Assembly: GCA_965235115.1 (NCBI GenBank)
Contig: OZ249436.1
Span: forward strand, 52,578,001-52,642,000
Length of the DNA: 64,000 nucleotides
Origin: Laetmonice hystrix
Lineage: Eukaryota
Direction of reading: 5' to 3'
This document shows, in pieces, positions 12,603 through 26,515 of the stretch (its first letter is position 1; every line of letters starts with the position of its first letter). The notes under the pieces are model-generated. The model was not told the DNA's origin and made no database searches. It was given only the letters and a program-made list of their open reading frames with translations. The translations under genes and the position numbers were made by a program.

Positions 12603-14334
12603 AGTCACAAGTTTCAAGAATTTAAATGGCTGAGTGGTATTACACGTGTGGTATTACACGTTTGCCAATGTGGATTATGTTGTGGCAGATAATAGAGATA
12701 AGTAAATACGTACTTTTATTGTTTGGGGGGTTCCGCTGATTGGACAGTCTTTTGACGAACGACAGTTCGTCATGGCACAAGAAACTATTCAGTGACGACA
12801 GCAGTAATTCCGTCTTAAAGTGAGCAGACTTGGAAATTGGCGTAAAAACTCCTTAACATTACAAAAATGTAAAGAATTGTGTTTTAGACCACAGAATCAA
12901 CTATTTGTTCTCAAAAGTGGTTCTTTGATCGATGATGATGCATGCGGTGATGAGGTAGTTGAGAACGTGAGATAATTACTGGAGTACATCTACAGGTACT
13001 TGGGGCCGGTCTAAATGAGACGGTGGAATAATTAGTATGTTCCAAATGTCGAGGGTGTTGACGACTCAGTGACTGAGTGAGTGAGAGTTGGCGGTTTTAC
13101 GGGCTGAAACTACAAAGGGTCGTTTTATCACTGTATTTGGGACTGATTGTCTTCCAAGTTGTGAAAGTACAAAAGACCTCGTTGGGGAAGTGAGTGAGTG
13201 TTTGCGGCCCCACACAAAACAAACGGCTCCGACTGGGGCGTGAGACGATTGCTTGGTTTATTTACGTCCTGCCAACAGATGTTGGGACATCTTCAGGGCA
13301 AAAACAAGTCTTTTTCATTTATTGAATCCTGTGATGCTGATGATGATGGTGGCGATGATGGCACCCCCCCCCCCCCCCCCCCCCGATCCGTGCCTGGGGA
13401 CACTGGCCTATTGACAGACTTCATGATTGATAAATTGACCGTACTTTGTAAACGCACAACACTTTTTACTGGTTTATTTTGTCCACCTAATGCTTCAGCG
13501 TGGTCCAAAATGTTTTCTATAACAGTAGAGGGCCAGACTCGGGAACTTTATAAACACTGTGCTTGTAACATGTTTGAATGAAATTCTAATCATATCAATC
13601 GATTTCTGTCGCCCAAAGGTGAGTTACACATCTGCGGAAGTTAATTATTCAATCAAACCAAGTCCGTTGACACCTGGCGGCAACTGATTGAATTTATATC
13701 AGTCAGTCCTAATAGTTGTTCCATTTAGGCCTAATATCACCCTCTCGCAATAACACGCTTACCCTCATCACGCCCCAGCAACGACAGACATCATTGCCAC
13801 TTTCCAATATTATTGTTGCCGGTAGGTCGACGGTTCCGGGTTCTAGTTATCGGTTAAATTAGTGCCCGACATGACCGACTGTTTGATTAACCTATACGAC
13901 TCCCAGATGACAGATGGGGTCGTTTTACAAATAAACTAACCGCTGATGGCATCTTGATTAATAACGACACAAATGAGCTGGGCCGCTCTGACCAAGCTGT
14001 CGTGGATACGCGCATACTTGGTACAAACAACATTTAGTTGCTAACTTCACATTCTTCACACCATAAGCGGAAACAACAGTCAATTGAAATAATTATACGC
14101 CTTTATTAATTAGCTTACAGGGCTGTAGCCCTACCAGTGGGCGGGGGGCACCTATCCCCCCTTGATTCTGAGTGTCATTTTTGACAAAGGAGGGACTGGT
14201 TCTGGTATAATTTATAAACGAGGACTTCCGGTGGGGAAACCCGACCCGGGTTGAATTGAAACATAACATGAAGAGTTTGCTTCCAGACCACGATGCATCA
14301 ATTTTTGTTGTATCCCAGAAGTCCACTTTTCACA

Positions 14335-14522
14335 GGGGATCCGGGCTGGCGCAGTGGTTAAAGCATGGGACATTGAACCAAAGGTTTCGAGTTCCGTGCC
14401 GGACTTTCCTGTAGAGCAGTGCTGCCGTCTGCTTTATCAAAGGCCGGCCGTGTCACGATACGTCTATGTGGACAAGCACGTTAAAGATCCCTTGGCATCT
14501 ATCGATATGAGTACGGGGTCGC
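14335..14522 (+). mobile_element. tRNA-derived SINE with Nin/Deu-like core
   Basis: A-box TGGCGCAGTGG (14347), decayed B-box GAGTTCCGTGCC (~14389), core GCACGTTAAAGATCCC (14476-14491). Related copies at ~15882 and ~41237. Confidence 0.7.
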
Positions 14523-15881
14523 ATGTATTATTAGATAGACGTATATTAGATTTGGGGCGAGAAATGCCAGCACAATAGGTTCCTCTAGTTCCTGCTATAG
14601 GTTGCTACAGGCTCTCCAAGTCCAATTTACGACGTAATAGGATACATGTCAGACTGCTTGCCAAATATGACAGGGCCTAACTCTAAAGTGGCCTTGTGAT
14701 GATCTTCACATATTTTTATCTTGCATAATATATCTGTGCTTTATAACTTTAGGGGGCCATTTCCAGCAACAGTTGTTTCATTCTGCAACAATTTGGATGG
14801 TTACTCGGATGTCTTGGTGTTGTCAGTGTCATGAGACTATTACAGGCTCTAAGTAATTGGACATGTAGGCCTCGTCATTCTATCATCACTAGTTATACTT
14901 GTAGCATATTCTCTGGGAATGAACTGTGTTATCTTTCTTCATTTTATAAGTCTGGCCGTATCCGCGACTATAGGTCGATTTATTGGCTTAGGAGGCATAC
15001 ATGCCTTTAAGGACCAAATTCAGTGCAGATAAATCCCTTCAGTAACATGAGTATCTAATAAAAAGTACCTTGCCTGTAATCAGTTGCGGTACAGAATTCA
15101 TGAGATGTCAAAAAGATAGCGGAAGTATACATGTACATCCTTTGCTTTACAGATGATATTGTGCAATCCGTCATAATTTTATGTTGTCTGTGTAATTACA
15201 TGACTGGAGGTTCACTGAAAAATGAGAATGCCAATGCTGATGTTGTTTCAACGGACCTCTTATCGATTAGTGAGCATTATCTCCAATAGATATATAGGGT
15301 TTACATCGGAAAGCCGCCTTGCCTTGATTGATCTTTTGTGAAGGTATTCCATTAATATAACTGAAAATGTAAATACAATTCAATCAGAACTGACAAGGTA
15401 GTTTAAGAGATAAAACGGATTTCCAGAAAATGATAGCCAGTTTATGTCCAATCTCGTATCTTTGTCAAGGATTTACTGATATTACTACAGTGTTAGTGGT
15501 GTTTTATTCACCCCAGTTGCTATAATTATTATGGTATCAGCATGTACCTGGCCAATTCTCACGAAAGTGGGCCCAACAGGGGGTTTGTCAATATTTTTTT
15601 CAAGTGATAGTTTGTTTTTTGTTATATATTTATGTGTCTCCATATGCTCTTTCATGAGATATTTCGAAAGCTGGTGTACAGAAATGGGGAATAATTCAAC
15701 TAAAATTCCCCTTTGCCACCAAGCGCCAATCTCTATAGAATAACGCAGAGCATTCCATGTAATGTATAGACTCCGCATATCTAAGTAGTGATATAAAATA
15801 AAGTGGTGTAGGGGGAGATGACTGTCAGTGGGTGCACTTTAAACATTTGTTCATTTTAAATTAAAAAGGAAATTCAGAAGC

Positions 15882-16010
15882 TGGTGGAGGACGACCGAGA
15901 GGTTAGAGGCTCTGGCTGGGGTTCAGCAGGTTCGGATCCTGCGCCCGCCAAGTGCTGCCCACTGGACTATTAAAGCCTGACGTGTAACGCCCTCTCTATG
16001 TAGTATTGCT
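15882..16010 (+). mobile_element. Degenerate tRNA-derived SINE, same family as 14335
   Basis: B-box GGTTCGGATCC followed by AGTGCTGCC...TATTAAAGCC...TCTATGT, collinear with the copy at 14335. Confidence 0.55.
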
Positions 16011-16716
16011 ACATTGTCACAAAGATGGTTCTCGCCCTGAAAATGACCACCGAGATAGTGATAATGAAACCATTGGTTTTACTGATGTTGGACTTTTAAG
16101 ATCACTACGCTATTTCGTATTTGACACAATAAATAATATATGACTGACGAGTGGTTGAACTACACACAAATGTTGTAGTAGATCGAGGAACTGTCTTCGG
16201 AGGTATGAAACCCCCTGGTGTTCAAGATATAAGCAATCACACAACTCAATGTTTCATTTAAACGAAATACTGATGATGTTTTTTAGAAAGCGTTCTTGAA
16301 ATTACGATCGGTTTCTTGACACTCCCTAACAGAAGCGCGTTCCAATAATTTTAATTGCTGTGCCTGCTGCAGATTGGGATGGATTCATTTTGTTAATGAT
16401 ACCTATCCCAGAAATAATTAGTTGAAGGAATATTTAAAGCATTTCATGCATTCAATCTCACGTCTTTATTTAAAGGGCTTTTTTAAATTCTTCCCCCCGA
16501 AAAATGTTCTTCAACTTCACATCATCACACTTCACCGATAGTTTATGGCCATCAGAGGAGACAGGGACCAGGGGCAAGTGGAGTCTTCCCAGCTCGGACA
16601 TCTGATTCACATCACGACACTGTCCCTGGGACTTCGTGATCTTCATCTTCGCAGTTGGAACAAGGATCATCCCATGATCCTTGGTTGCAGTATCTTACAG
16701 CCAGCCCCCTCCCACT

Positions 16717-16980
16717 CAGGGGCGGATAGCTATATCTATCGCAAAGTATGGGCCCTCTGAAATGCCAGCGAGAACCGGATGTCCGCGGCTATGCAACGGG
16801 GTCAGGGTATTCCCCCCCCCCCCCCCAAAAAAAAGTGACTGTTGCTTTAAGCTTTCCAGACACGTAGCGTTTTGTATAGTAAAACTTGGATTTTGACGTT
16901 CATTAATCGCTAAAAGCGTGGAAAACAGAAGGGACGTACTGGCCCAAGCCCGGGGGCTCATTGGTAGGGCCTCGCTATGA
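16717..16980. mobile_element. Decayed hAT-like MITE
   Basis: CAGGGGCGGAT start and an internal GGGGTCAGGGTATT-poly(C)-poly(A) block typical of small hAT-type elements. Right end is poorly conserved. Confidence 0.4.
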
Positions 16981-17114
16981 CTTTGCCAGTGAATATCTGG
17001 GACTTGGTCTTGGCGATCCTCTTGCCTAACTTACAACAGCTGTGGTGTTGAGTCTAGATGCTTGTAGCAGGCTCCCTTTTCATCCAAAACGCCTTTGGAC
17101 TCAAGGGCAACGTG

Positions 17115-17339
17115 CTGTTGTCATCACGATGGCCCAGGGCCCGTATCTTGATGCAGGCATAAGGTAATGTCCTGTTGTCATCACGATGGCCCAGGGCCCG
17201 TATCTTGATGCAGGCATAAGGCAATGTCCTGTTGTCATCACGATGGCCCAGGGCCCGTATCTTGATGCAGGCACAAGGCAATGTCCTGTTGTCATCACGA
17301 TGGCCCAGGGCCCGTATCTTGATGCAGGCATAAGGTAAT
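17115..17339. repeat. 57-bp tandem repeat, 4 copies
   Basis: Unit CTGTTGTCATCACGATGGCCCAGGGCCCGTATCTTGATGCAGGCATAAGGYAATGTC. Confidence 0.97.
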
Positions 17340-19617
17340 AAAGAGAGAAGTAAGTAGGAACAGCGTGTTGTAATTAGTAGTACTTTTGTGCTACTCACAA
17401 CCAGTAATCGAATAAAGCTTACTTTATGTTTAGTTTCAAGGAGACACGCACAGGAACCCCGGTCACTGATAGAGATTTGAGGGTCAGACACAACGCTGAG
17501 CCTGTACAAGGCCTGGCGTGGCGGACGTGACTGTTTTATCACTTCCGAGAACAAACCTTTGATCCATAGATCCCGATTTGAGAATTCTGTGACAAAGCCA
17601 AATCTCTCAAACAAGGTCGTTCCCCATTTGCATATCGGACGTTCTTTCGCTGTAATAAGGTCGGTCGCGTGTCTGCTTGATGAAAAGCATTTTGGTCATA
17701 TCAGTTGATGGAAAGGCGTCAAGGTACGAGTGAAATTCGAAACTCTCTTCGTTATAAACCGATTCGTATCCATAGTGGCATTTCGACAGTGTTCTTTAAA
17801 ATCCCATCAAATATTTTAAAGGGATACATTGTGAAAACAGACGTTTACCTATTAGCAACTGATATAAGATATCCTACCCATTAACTAAAGCTCATTTTTA
17901 AGGTTGTCTTGTTTCACACTAAAATTGAGCATTTCCCATCGCAGAGAAAACCTCGATTATTACGCAGCATGTGGAAACGTGACAGCGTCAGCGTCAGGTT
18001 CAGCATAGAATGTTTTCTTACTTCGATCTCCTTTATACTGTTAGGTAAGAAAAATCTCAATATTGCAATCTGCAATGTAGTTCGTAATGTTCAGTTCCAC
18101 CTGTTCAAAATGTTGTTTAGCATTCCATACTCGTGAAATGTCTCGGTGGGGGGATAAGACGTATGGATCAAAGTTGTAGTTGACAGTGATAGTCCTGGTG
18201 CTGGACTACCACTCTTTTAGAGACTTACTTTATATGTTCTTGTTCTATATGCCAAGACCTTCAGAAAAAGTTTGGGTAACACTTCCAGATCAGGTGTACT
18301 CTGCACAACCCAGCGAAGATTCTGCCTATAGTTTCAATGGGCTGAAATGATAATATTCGAGTTTCATGGAATAAATCCTTATTTGAGACCCATAAATCAT
18401 ATATTTTGATTTAATTCAATTGGTTGGGTATTCTTAACTTTTTAGCATAAGTAATTGCCTTAAACCTTGAATGGGGATATTTTACTAAAATTTGATAGCC
18501 CTAATTAAAATATTCGACGATTAAGAAGCTATCAAACTAAGAAATATTTTCAAATTAACAGCAATTTTCGGCTAATGTTGTTATTTTCGCTCTCAATATG
18601 GCTGAAATATCGGATATTGATATTTGTGGTCCATCTGTTAGACTCGTGGGGGTATGGATAGGGGTTATACTATTTGTGGCGACTGGGTGACTCAGACGTA
18701 AAAGCCGACGTAGAAGCAGACCCATCCGCCTGATGAGGCTTTTGAGATTGAAAAAAACTGTTGCTTTTACGCCAAGGACCCATAAAAAGATACACAGACG
18801 CAGTCTAATTTCCCACTGACATTTTCTCCGAGAAGCTCAGGGTGTTCCTAAATGCATACCTAGACCTTTTCATTCTTGACACTATCGTACCTCAGTAAGT
18901 CTCTATTCGCCCGTGATAGACACAAATGGAGAGGGTGCCAGGTGTAACGGAACTTGATTTGCTCCGAATGAACTTTTTCTGCTTACACTCTTCTCCGAGC
19001 TGCTTAGTGCACGATGGGAGTTTATCGCGTCAGCCCGACGAAAACGAGGCAGATTGTGAATCTATGCCGCGTGAACCGCATGGGCCGATGGTGGATGATG
19101 GGGTATTTCCAGTAATCGTACTGTCTAAGGATCACGTGACGGAATTACCCTCTCAATTTCAAATGTTAGATTAACGTTGAAGGGATGCTGGTTATTTGTC
19201 GAGTGTCATTTTCAAATGAAAACCAGGTAGGCTATAGACATGTGCTTCCTTTGGATGGTAGCTTGATAAGTAGGAACTGGCTTATTTTTGATGTTTTCTC
19301 GAAGCAGCAAGGCATGTCCTCATGCAATCGTTACCATATCAAAGAAATCAGTCAAAGCCATGTTCTAAGTGACATAACTGTGTTGGATTAATGCAGATAA
19401 TACGCCGATTTGTCATGTTTATAGTAGGTCGTGACGCCGAAGCGTTAATTAATGCGGGAAAGACATTATTATGCTGTCTAGACCAAATAGAGGCGCCTTG
19501 GACCAGGCAAGGCCAATGTCTCAATTTGACCAATTAGAGCTCCTCTCTTACATCAGAATCAAGAGACAAGACTTAGTGTTTGTAGGGAAAACGACTGGTA
19601 GGAAATTCATTTCTAAG

Positions 19618-19648
19618 ACATAACATAACATAACATAACATAACATAA
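19618..19648. repeat. (ACATA)n microsatellite
   Basis: About six ACATA units. Confidence 0.9.
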
Positions 19649-20891
19649 AAAATTGTTTACTTAAAAAAGGCCTGGACGACCCCCACCCCCACCCCCACCC
19701 CCACCTACCCACCCACCACCACCCAATAAGAAGGCTGATTGATAACTTGACTTGATGATCATTGAGGGAGAACCGCCAACTTGTACTGCTGTGAAGTTTC
19801 CAATGTCCCGAAATTAGTAGGCCCTAGGCCTAATCTTAAGTCTGTCCACTCGAACTTTACATTGTTCATTCTTGGTAGGCTATCCAACCCTACAGAAACC
19901 AACGGAAAATAAATTCTACTAGGCTTGATCATGGACTCGCGGCATTGGTCCGTCCCCCCCCCCCCCCCTCCCCCTGACACTTTACCAAAAGCTCGGCCAT
20001 CACCAGCATTCGAAACTCACCTCTCGCCCTCATTTGACGCACCCCTTCAAGCATGTTCTGAATCACTAGCGTTCATACTTGTTGAGGCAGATTGTTGATA
20101 TCCACGAGGTCATATATATGGCAATCTTTGGAACTGACTTCTAAGCTTTAGGGGCCATCCATTCACAGACCCTTCAAAGATTGCCAACCCTTCTTGTGCA
20201 CCGTGCTTACGCTGACGGTGATAGCGAAAGTGGCGTGCCCACCTCACCACGGAAAAGATGTGATCGGCCGATTCCAAGGCGATCGAACATCTCTGGGCGA
20301 ATCCTCTTATAAGATTAAGAGACAGGCCTACAGCTAGGCCTACATGATGTAGGCATATAGACTAGGCTACATAGGGGCCTAGACCTAGGCCTACTTAAAC
20401 ATTGTGTTAATTCTCTTTCGTCAGAATTCCCTCATTCGGGTCGATAGGCCTATGTTCGACAAACATTCGAGATCTAACGTAAAATTGTCACCAAGGTAAC
20501 AAATGATGTGGACTCTTGCTGCAATGTTGTTGGGAGACGAACAGGCGAGCAAGCAGTCGATGGTTTGGTGAAGAGTGTCCTAATCACACTGGGATAAGGT
20601 CAACTTTGACGCGTGACGTTACGTCTTAAGAACCACGATGCCACCGTTCACGACAACAGCACCGCTTAGCAGCGTTGCTGGCACGGTAGAATCCTAAGCG
20701 TGGATTCCTGCTCGTTCACATTGTTACCAGGTGAGGGATGCTATAGGTACACCCAAAATGACCGGGTGTTATTCCTGTTTCCTCTGCTGCCGCGTGAATA
20801 GCTGATTGTTGTTGATTTAGAGGACACTATGATAGGCCTACTTCCTAATTGAAATAATAGATCTACGCCTTAGCCTATAGGAGCTAGGCTT

Positions 20892-21143
20892 AGGCCAAGA
20901 TTGGATGCCAGGAAATTTTTATTTGCACATAGGATTGTCAATATCTGGAATGGTTTGCCAAACGAAGCGGTTGAAGTCCGACACACTTAACAGTTTTAAA
21001 GGCCATATTGACAAACATCTGAAGGAGAGGGTGGAGGCTTACACGAGCCAGAGCGTATCTGGCTCCCTGCCTCGTCGACCAGCCCAGTCTGACCCGAGGG
21101 AGGAACTTCGGGGGCGGTTCAAGGTAAATTCAAGGTATAGGTA
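20892..21143 (+). mobile_element. 5'-truncated CR1-clade LINE: ORF2 C-terminus plus 3' UTR
   Basis: Translates RPRLDARKFLFAHRIVNIWNGLPNEAVE/SDTLNSFKGHIDKHLKER with one frameshift, matching the CR1 ORF2 tail motif (RKxFFxxRVVxxWNxLP...FKxxLDKH). It ends in a short tandem tail, TTCAAGGTAAA-TTCAAGGTA. Confidence 0.9.
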
Positions 21144-22044
21144 AGCTAACCATCATCTGTCAGTTTGCCTTTATTTTGCAGTTCACTCATAAGTTTAGTA
21201 CCTTATCCCTGACCTTTTGTCGTACATGACAAATGTCTGTTTACCTGAGTTCACAAAATTATTATAGCAGGTCAGGGAATTGAGATGTTTAATGCAGTAG
21301 ATTGTGGTGTTTAATGCAAGAATGAAACTTTTTAGCATTTTTATGTTATCTGATGAAAAAGAATGTGGGACTGTTACCAAAGATGACATGATCCTACAAC
21401 TATAATCTAGTTGGATGCATTGCTGACTTTGTTGTCAAAGGAAAACCAAATCATCATACTCACTTATTCTTCGGTGAACTATTTTCCATTGGGCGGTCAA
21501 TTGGCTCAAGGCGACAAAATACAGTGGTTGAGGTTGCTATATGTGACGTCATGAACACGCTTTACGTACGGTTTCGAACCGGCTCTGCTGGAACAATGAC
21601 CTTTTACTACACGAATCCACTTTCTGCAGCGGGATCAGTGTCTGTTGACTCAGCTGACGTTGCGCACATTTGGATTGAGTGATGGGGTCTGGTTAAATCT
21701 AATTTCAGATTTGCCGATTCAACAAAGCTGCAACACATCTTGTGATAGTGCAAAAGAGGTTTCCAGTTAAACATTGAAACATGCTTCATGGTTGGAATTC
21801 TGCACTCTTCCATTCTGCAAGGGCTAAGAAAACAGCGAGAGGAGATTCATACAAAAATATGTTACGTTCCATTACGTTCCGGATTATGCAGAGCCTAGCA
21901 GCTAATGGGGGGGGGGCGAGCGGTGAGAGGGGCTGGCTCAGGTAGTGCTTCTCGCAGGTTCCGTCCTGGCCCACACTATATTATAGGGGCTTTGGTCTTG
22001 TTGCGTATTACCTAACTATGCACTTGTTGCGTTTTAGACTTAAA

Positions 22045-22165
22045 CTGTCATTCACATGATTTATGCCACGAATTTGAGTTCGTACGAAATTCGTCAGCAG
22101 TGGGAACCAAGTTCGTAAAAGTTTGCACAACTGCGAGCAAGCAGCAGTAGTGTGAACGGAATCCG
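22045..22165 (+). mobile_element. Fragment of the Harbinger-like end found at 9681 and 10617
   Basis: Shares TGTCATTCACA..., GAGTTCGTACGAA, CAGCAGTGRGAACCRAGTTCGTAA and GCAAGCAG with 9683-9815 and 10617-10680. Confidence 0.65.
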
Positions 22166-23916
22166 TGAGCAAAAATCTTGTTCCTACGTTCACCTACAAA
22201 CGATATTTTGTACAACTTTTCGTTACATCTAGAACCAGCTAGTCCTACGTTTTACACTCCCAGTTCGTCGCTGCCTCTTTTTGTTATCTTCCAAGGGATC
22301 TAATAGGTACGGATATTATGAATTGCTTTCAATAAGTAAATAAATGTTTTACATCCTACTATCTATAACTTTGCTAAGGCTGGGACGATTCACATACAGT
22401 CCGGAAGTAACGCAGCTGACATGAGTTCACTAGTTGCTGTTGTTTCATATTGAATACCTTTCTTTCTAAACACTAAACTAAGATTTTGTAGAATTTTATA
22501 GAAAACGTTTACCGAAAAGTGTGTAAAAAGTTCGTACTTCTGATTATAACTGTCTCGATCTACTACTGAGGAATAAAATTGAACCCTCACTTTACCTCCA
22601 GAAAAAGGGCACTATTTTGTTCTTTACGAAACTTTGTCCCTTGACCATCTCACCCCCCCCCCCGCCCCCTTGTTAGCTACTGTTTTGTATGGATGTGTGG
22701 ATAATAAGAGGGGATCAATTTGAGACGGAGACATAACAAAGGACATGCAAACTCTGAGATCTCGCCATTAATATGGGTCAATCCGATTCAGTATTCAATA
22801 ACTTTAAACGCTGGCGTTCCCGAACGAGTAGGCTGAACCTGCATTGTGTAGTACAATCAACAAGTCAAGCATTCATCGCTACATTATCTATGATCATAGA
22901 AGGATGCACTTTGGGAGAATAATATTATTAGCTTCAATCGAATCTCAGGCTTAGTCCAGTATTCTTAAATGTATCTGACATGTATCTGTTACTGTAGTTC
23001 TAGTTACTCTTCAATTCTACTGCAATTCGTTTTGCTTCTATGAAAAGGGAATTAGCATATCCAACTTGTTAGGATCCACGCGGGCAGTTTCTGCAAGCGC
23101 TTTTAGTTAATCAAGTTTACATCGTCTTGTGGCGTTTACCAACGTACTAGAATGAAATTTCGAGTGTGTATTTGCGAGACTACAACAATTTTGGTCGGCT
23201 CTGGTTAGTTCAAAACAAATTTTCGCCGATATTTTGGCCTTAAAAATTGATGAAATATTGCCGACAGGGAGGGAATTTGTCGAAGTATTAGGCATACGCA
23301 TTGGTTGAATTACTCAACTTTGTTTGACTGTTACAATAAGGATAACCATTGTACTATAATAGTAGGTCTTACTTTATTATAATAATGACAAACCAATACA
23401 CAGTTCAAAGATAAATAAATAATTAACGATTAATCAATCAGAGCCTCAAGCGGACTATGTCGATTTTGTTTCTCCATTTTTCCAACATCCTTGGGCGATC
23501 CTCAACTTCAATTCTAGTGATGACCTCCGTTCTGCAGGCTCACATCGGTCGTCTTTGTCTGAAACCAAATTGTTGAAGCATAGTAACTGTAAGTGAAAAA
23601 TGGGGTATATTATACGACAGAAAAAAAAACAAAATACGGTGGGGAATTCAATTCAGCCAAGATTAAAGCTATTATATATAAGAATCTGTTATCGTTTCAC
23701 CACTATTTAAAGGGCACCCAAATTTATCAAACCAAGATATGCTCAAACCACCACTACCACATCTCAAAGGGCTGTTTCCACTTCTCGGCGATTGTCCTTG
23801 TGACGCCCTTTTATTCTAGGCCTACTGTGATTTTGAGATTAAAGGATGGAACCCATTTCCAGAAACAGGAAAGGCCATCCATGAAAAAATACCGAGGGAA
23901 ATTCCACCATTAAATA

Positions 23917-24171
23917 AAAAAATCGCATGGACGTCGCAACTCAACTGTTCAGTCAGTCCCAGGGGGTTATCGTGGCGGTGTGCGAAGGTTTACAACTCCA
24001 ACTAACTCATCGTAAGGTAATGACAACAGGAATCGTGACGATTGAATGTTTAATCGTGAGGATTCCTGTCGTCACGACCTTACGATGAGTTGTTAGTTGG
24101 CGTTGTAAACCTTCGCAAACCGCTACGATAACCTGACTGAACAGTTGAGTTGCGACGTCCTCAGATTTTTT
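23917..24171. mobile_element. ~255-bp palindromic MITE (hairpin element)
   Basis: GGACGTCGCAACTCAACTGTTCAGTCAG (23929) pairs with CTGACTGAACAGTTGAGTTGCGACGTCC (ends 24160). Pairing continues inward to an ~8-nt loop at ~24044-24051. Confidence 0.88.
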
Positions 24172-24962
24172 GGTGTGCGGTAAGCTTTTTCTCAGAAGTT
24201 CTGTTATAGACATAGCTTCCCTCGTTGGAAAGCTATTTCCTGTTTTATAAGGTGAGGGCGAGACATGTTTTTTGCATTGCGATATAGTGTAATATGGTCT
24301 TTACGGGACATGATGGTCTTGTTTTGTTCAGAGGCAGCTGCCAGAGGAACATTATACGAGGAAACTACATACATTTGCTGTTCTTCTTTTGGTCGTAACA
24401 CCTCCACGCACCAGACTAAGGATAAACGAACAAATAATTAACTCACGGTTAAGGCATTGGCGTTATTCTAATGCGAACGCAACTTATACATGTTTGTCAA
24501 ACTCTTTATATGGGAACGTGCAATTCATATTGATAATTTATTATATGCGTATTCTATCTGGTAGTTTCATGCGCCATGCATCTCATTCCATACTTTCCCG
24601 CTGTGAAGGACCCTGTTACGTGTTTTATAATTTATTGAAACAAACTTTCAATCACAGAACTTCATAGCACTAGTATTTGGGCTTGATGAATGACTGCATA
24701 TTAATACAAAAGAACGTAATTTCAATCATAAAAGGTTCCCGAGAGATGAGAAGAGTAATAAATTAGCTAGATATTTTTTGGGTTAATGTTTGTTTTCACC
24801 AGAACTTTGGAGTTACGGCATAATTACCAGTATAATATCGGATGTTTGAATCTGTCTGCGGTGTCCTTAGAATTAGGTGTCACATCATGGTTTCTCCCAG
24901 TCTCGTCTACTCATCGCCAGCGCAATAGCCGGAAAGAGAATTTCTAGCAATGTGTCTACACA

Positions 24963-25135
24963 CAGGCCCGTCATTTCCATCAAATTATTGAGGGGGCTAG
25001 ATAATTTCCATTGAATTATTGACGAACAGAGTCTAAGGTTCTCCATAGTAAAATAGACTAATTATGAGGCACCACTTAAAAGTATTGGGGGGGGGTTGAA
25101 GTCCCCTAACCCCCTCCCCCGGAATTACGGCCCTG
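24963..25135. mobile_element. hAT-like MITE
   Basis: Imperfect TIRs CAGGCCCGTCATTTCC / GGAATTACGGCCCTG. No clean 8-bp target-site duplication is left. Confidence 0.55.
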
Positions 25136-25678
25136 ATACATGACATTTTTCTTTATAATCAGTTAATCAGTTTAGGTAGAGATCAGCTTTAGTCACACTG
25201 TCATATAACTTATTTGATGTGCCTGATCTATATGTAACAGGGGCGTAGAAAGGTATCTCTATGGAGGCCGTGCTAATGCTCCCCACCCACCCCTATATGT
25301 ATTAATACATGGGACGAGGACTCGAAGGGCAGAGATGCGTAGTTTCGGATTACAGAATCATGTGGGCGGCAATGAGGGAGTTGGAATCCTTCTAGTGCCA
25401 TTCAGTGGTCCTCTCTATGGCTCCACACCTCAGTCTTCAAAGGCCTCAATGCCCAGCCATGTTTGTGCGGATAGGGAATTGCTTGCCCGTGAAAAGATGC
25501 TTACTTATTTCATCCTCATCACCACCCCGACCCTCCACCCCCCCCCCCCCCCCCCCCCCCATGCAGGGATACATCTATAGGGTCCATGACTGAACAAGTT
25601 TGAGAGTTTTTTCTTACCCTGGATAATGGCTGAAATACTGCCGTCGGGGCGTAAAACGCCTAATTCGCTTAAACCTAT

Positions 25679-25990
25679 AGCTGTGTTCAGACAGAGGCGG
25701 TATATCGGCTAGCAACCGATAGCTATCTCTGTGTGAACACGCTATGTCGCCTGAGTTAGGTCGCCTAACTAGTCCGGCTGGCATGACGGTTTATCCAGAA
25801 CATCGGCCAGACCTCTGCATGTCTGAACACGCTTGCCAGATTAAGATATACAACGGCGCGTGTGGGCGGCACAGGTCGCATCGCTGCCAGTATATCGCCT
25901 GTGTCTGAACGCCAGGCGGTATAGCAGGACAGCGAAAGATCGGTAGATAGACAGAAACATTAATTCGGTCTATTCTGTCTGAACACAGCA
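25679..25990. mobile_element. PIF/Harbinger-type MITE
   Basis: TIRs GCTGTGTTCAGACAGA / TCTGTCTGAACACAGC, internal reiterations of TGTCTGAAC, flanks TAT and TAA. Confidence 0.75.
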
Positions 25991-26381
25991 TAAGTTTGAT
26001 TCTTGTGATCCGACCCATGGACGCTCTGTCCACCTGTAAGTGGAACTCGCCCGTGGAAAATATATTAATATCATACTGGCGATTTCATCTTCACACGAAC
26101 ACAGCGTGTCCTTTCAGAGATGAAATTTAAGAGGCCCAACCAACTCAAAAATAAATTCCACTTTAATCGTGACTAATAGATTTTTGATTATTATTTGTTT
26201 TAATTTTCTCGGTCCGAAGCCGTTCCCAAGGACCATACCCAGATCTACACAACGATAGGAACTGTATGCCTATCCTTCCGGTCTGGAACGAATACTACCA
26301 AAGTTTATTTTCAACAATCAGTGGATTTGATATAATTTGGACCAGACCTGTGGTAGCTGCATGTGAGAAAACCTAGCAAGA

Positions 26382-26515
26382 GACTATTAGAGGTCATAAC
26401 AGAAATGTTTTGATAACATCTGTGACGTCATTTCAGGTTTACAAGTGTGACTATTAGAGGTCACAACAGAAATGTTTTGACACCATCTGTGACGTCATTT
26501 CACGTTTACAAGTGT
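26382..26515. repeat. 67-bp direct duplication
   Basis: GACTATTAGAGGTCAYAACAGAAATGTTTT...GTGACGTCATTTCASGTTTACAAGTGT occurs twice in tandem. Confidence 0.9.

Noticed and set aside
14335..14410. tRNA gene (also at 55413 and 41170-41226)
   Set aside because: A/B boxes are present, but there is no cloverleaf and the sequence continues into a SINE body.
16264..16316. Minimal hammerhead ribozyme-like motif CTGATGA...GAAATTACGATC
   Set aside because: Stem II has no closing pair next to the core and stem I begins with a mismatch. At best this is a dead relic; an Infernal search with hammerhead models would settle it.
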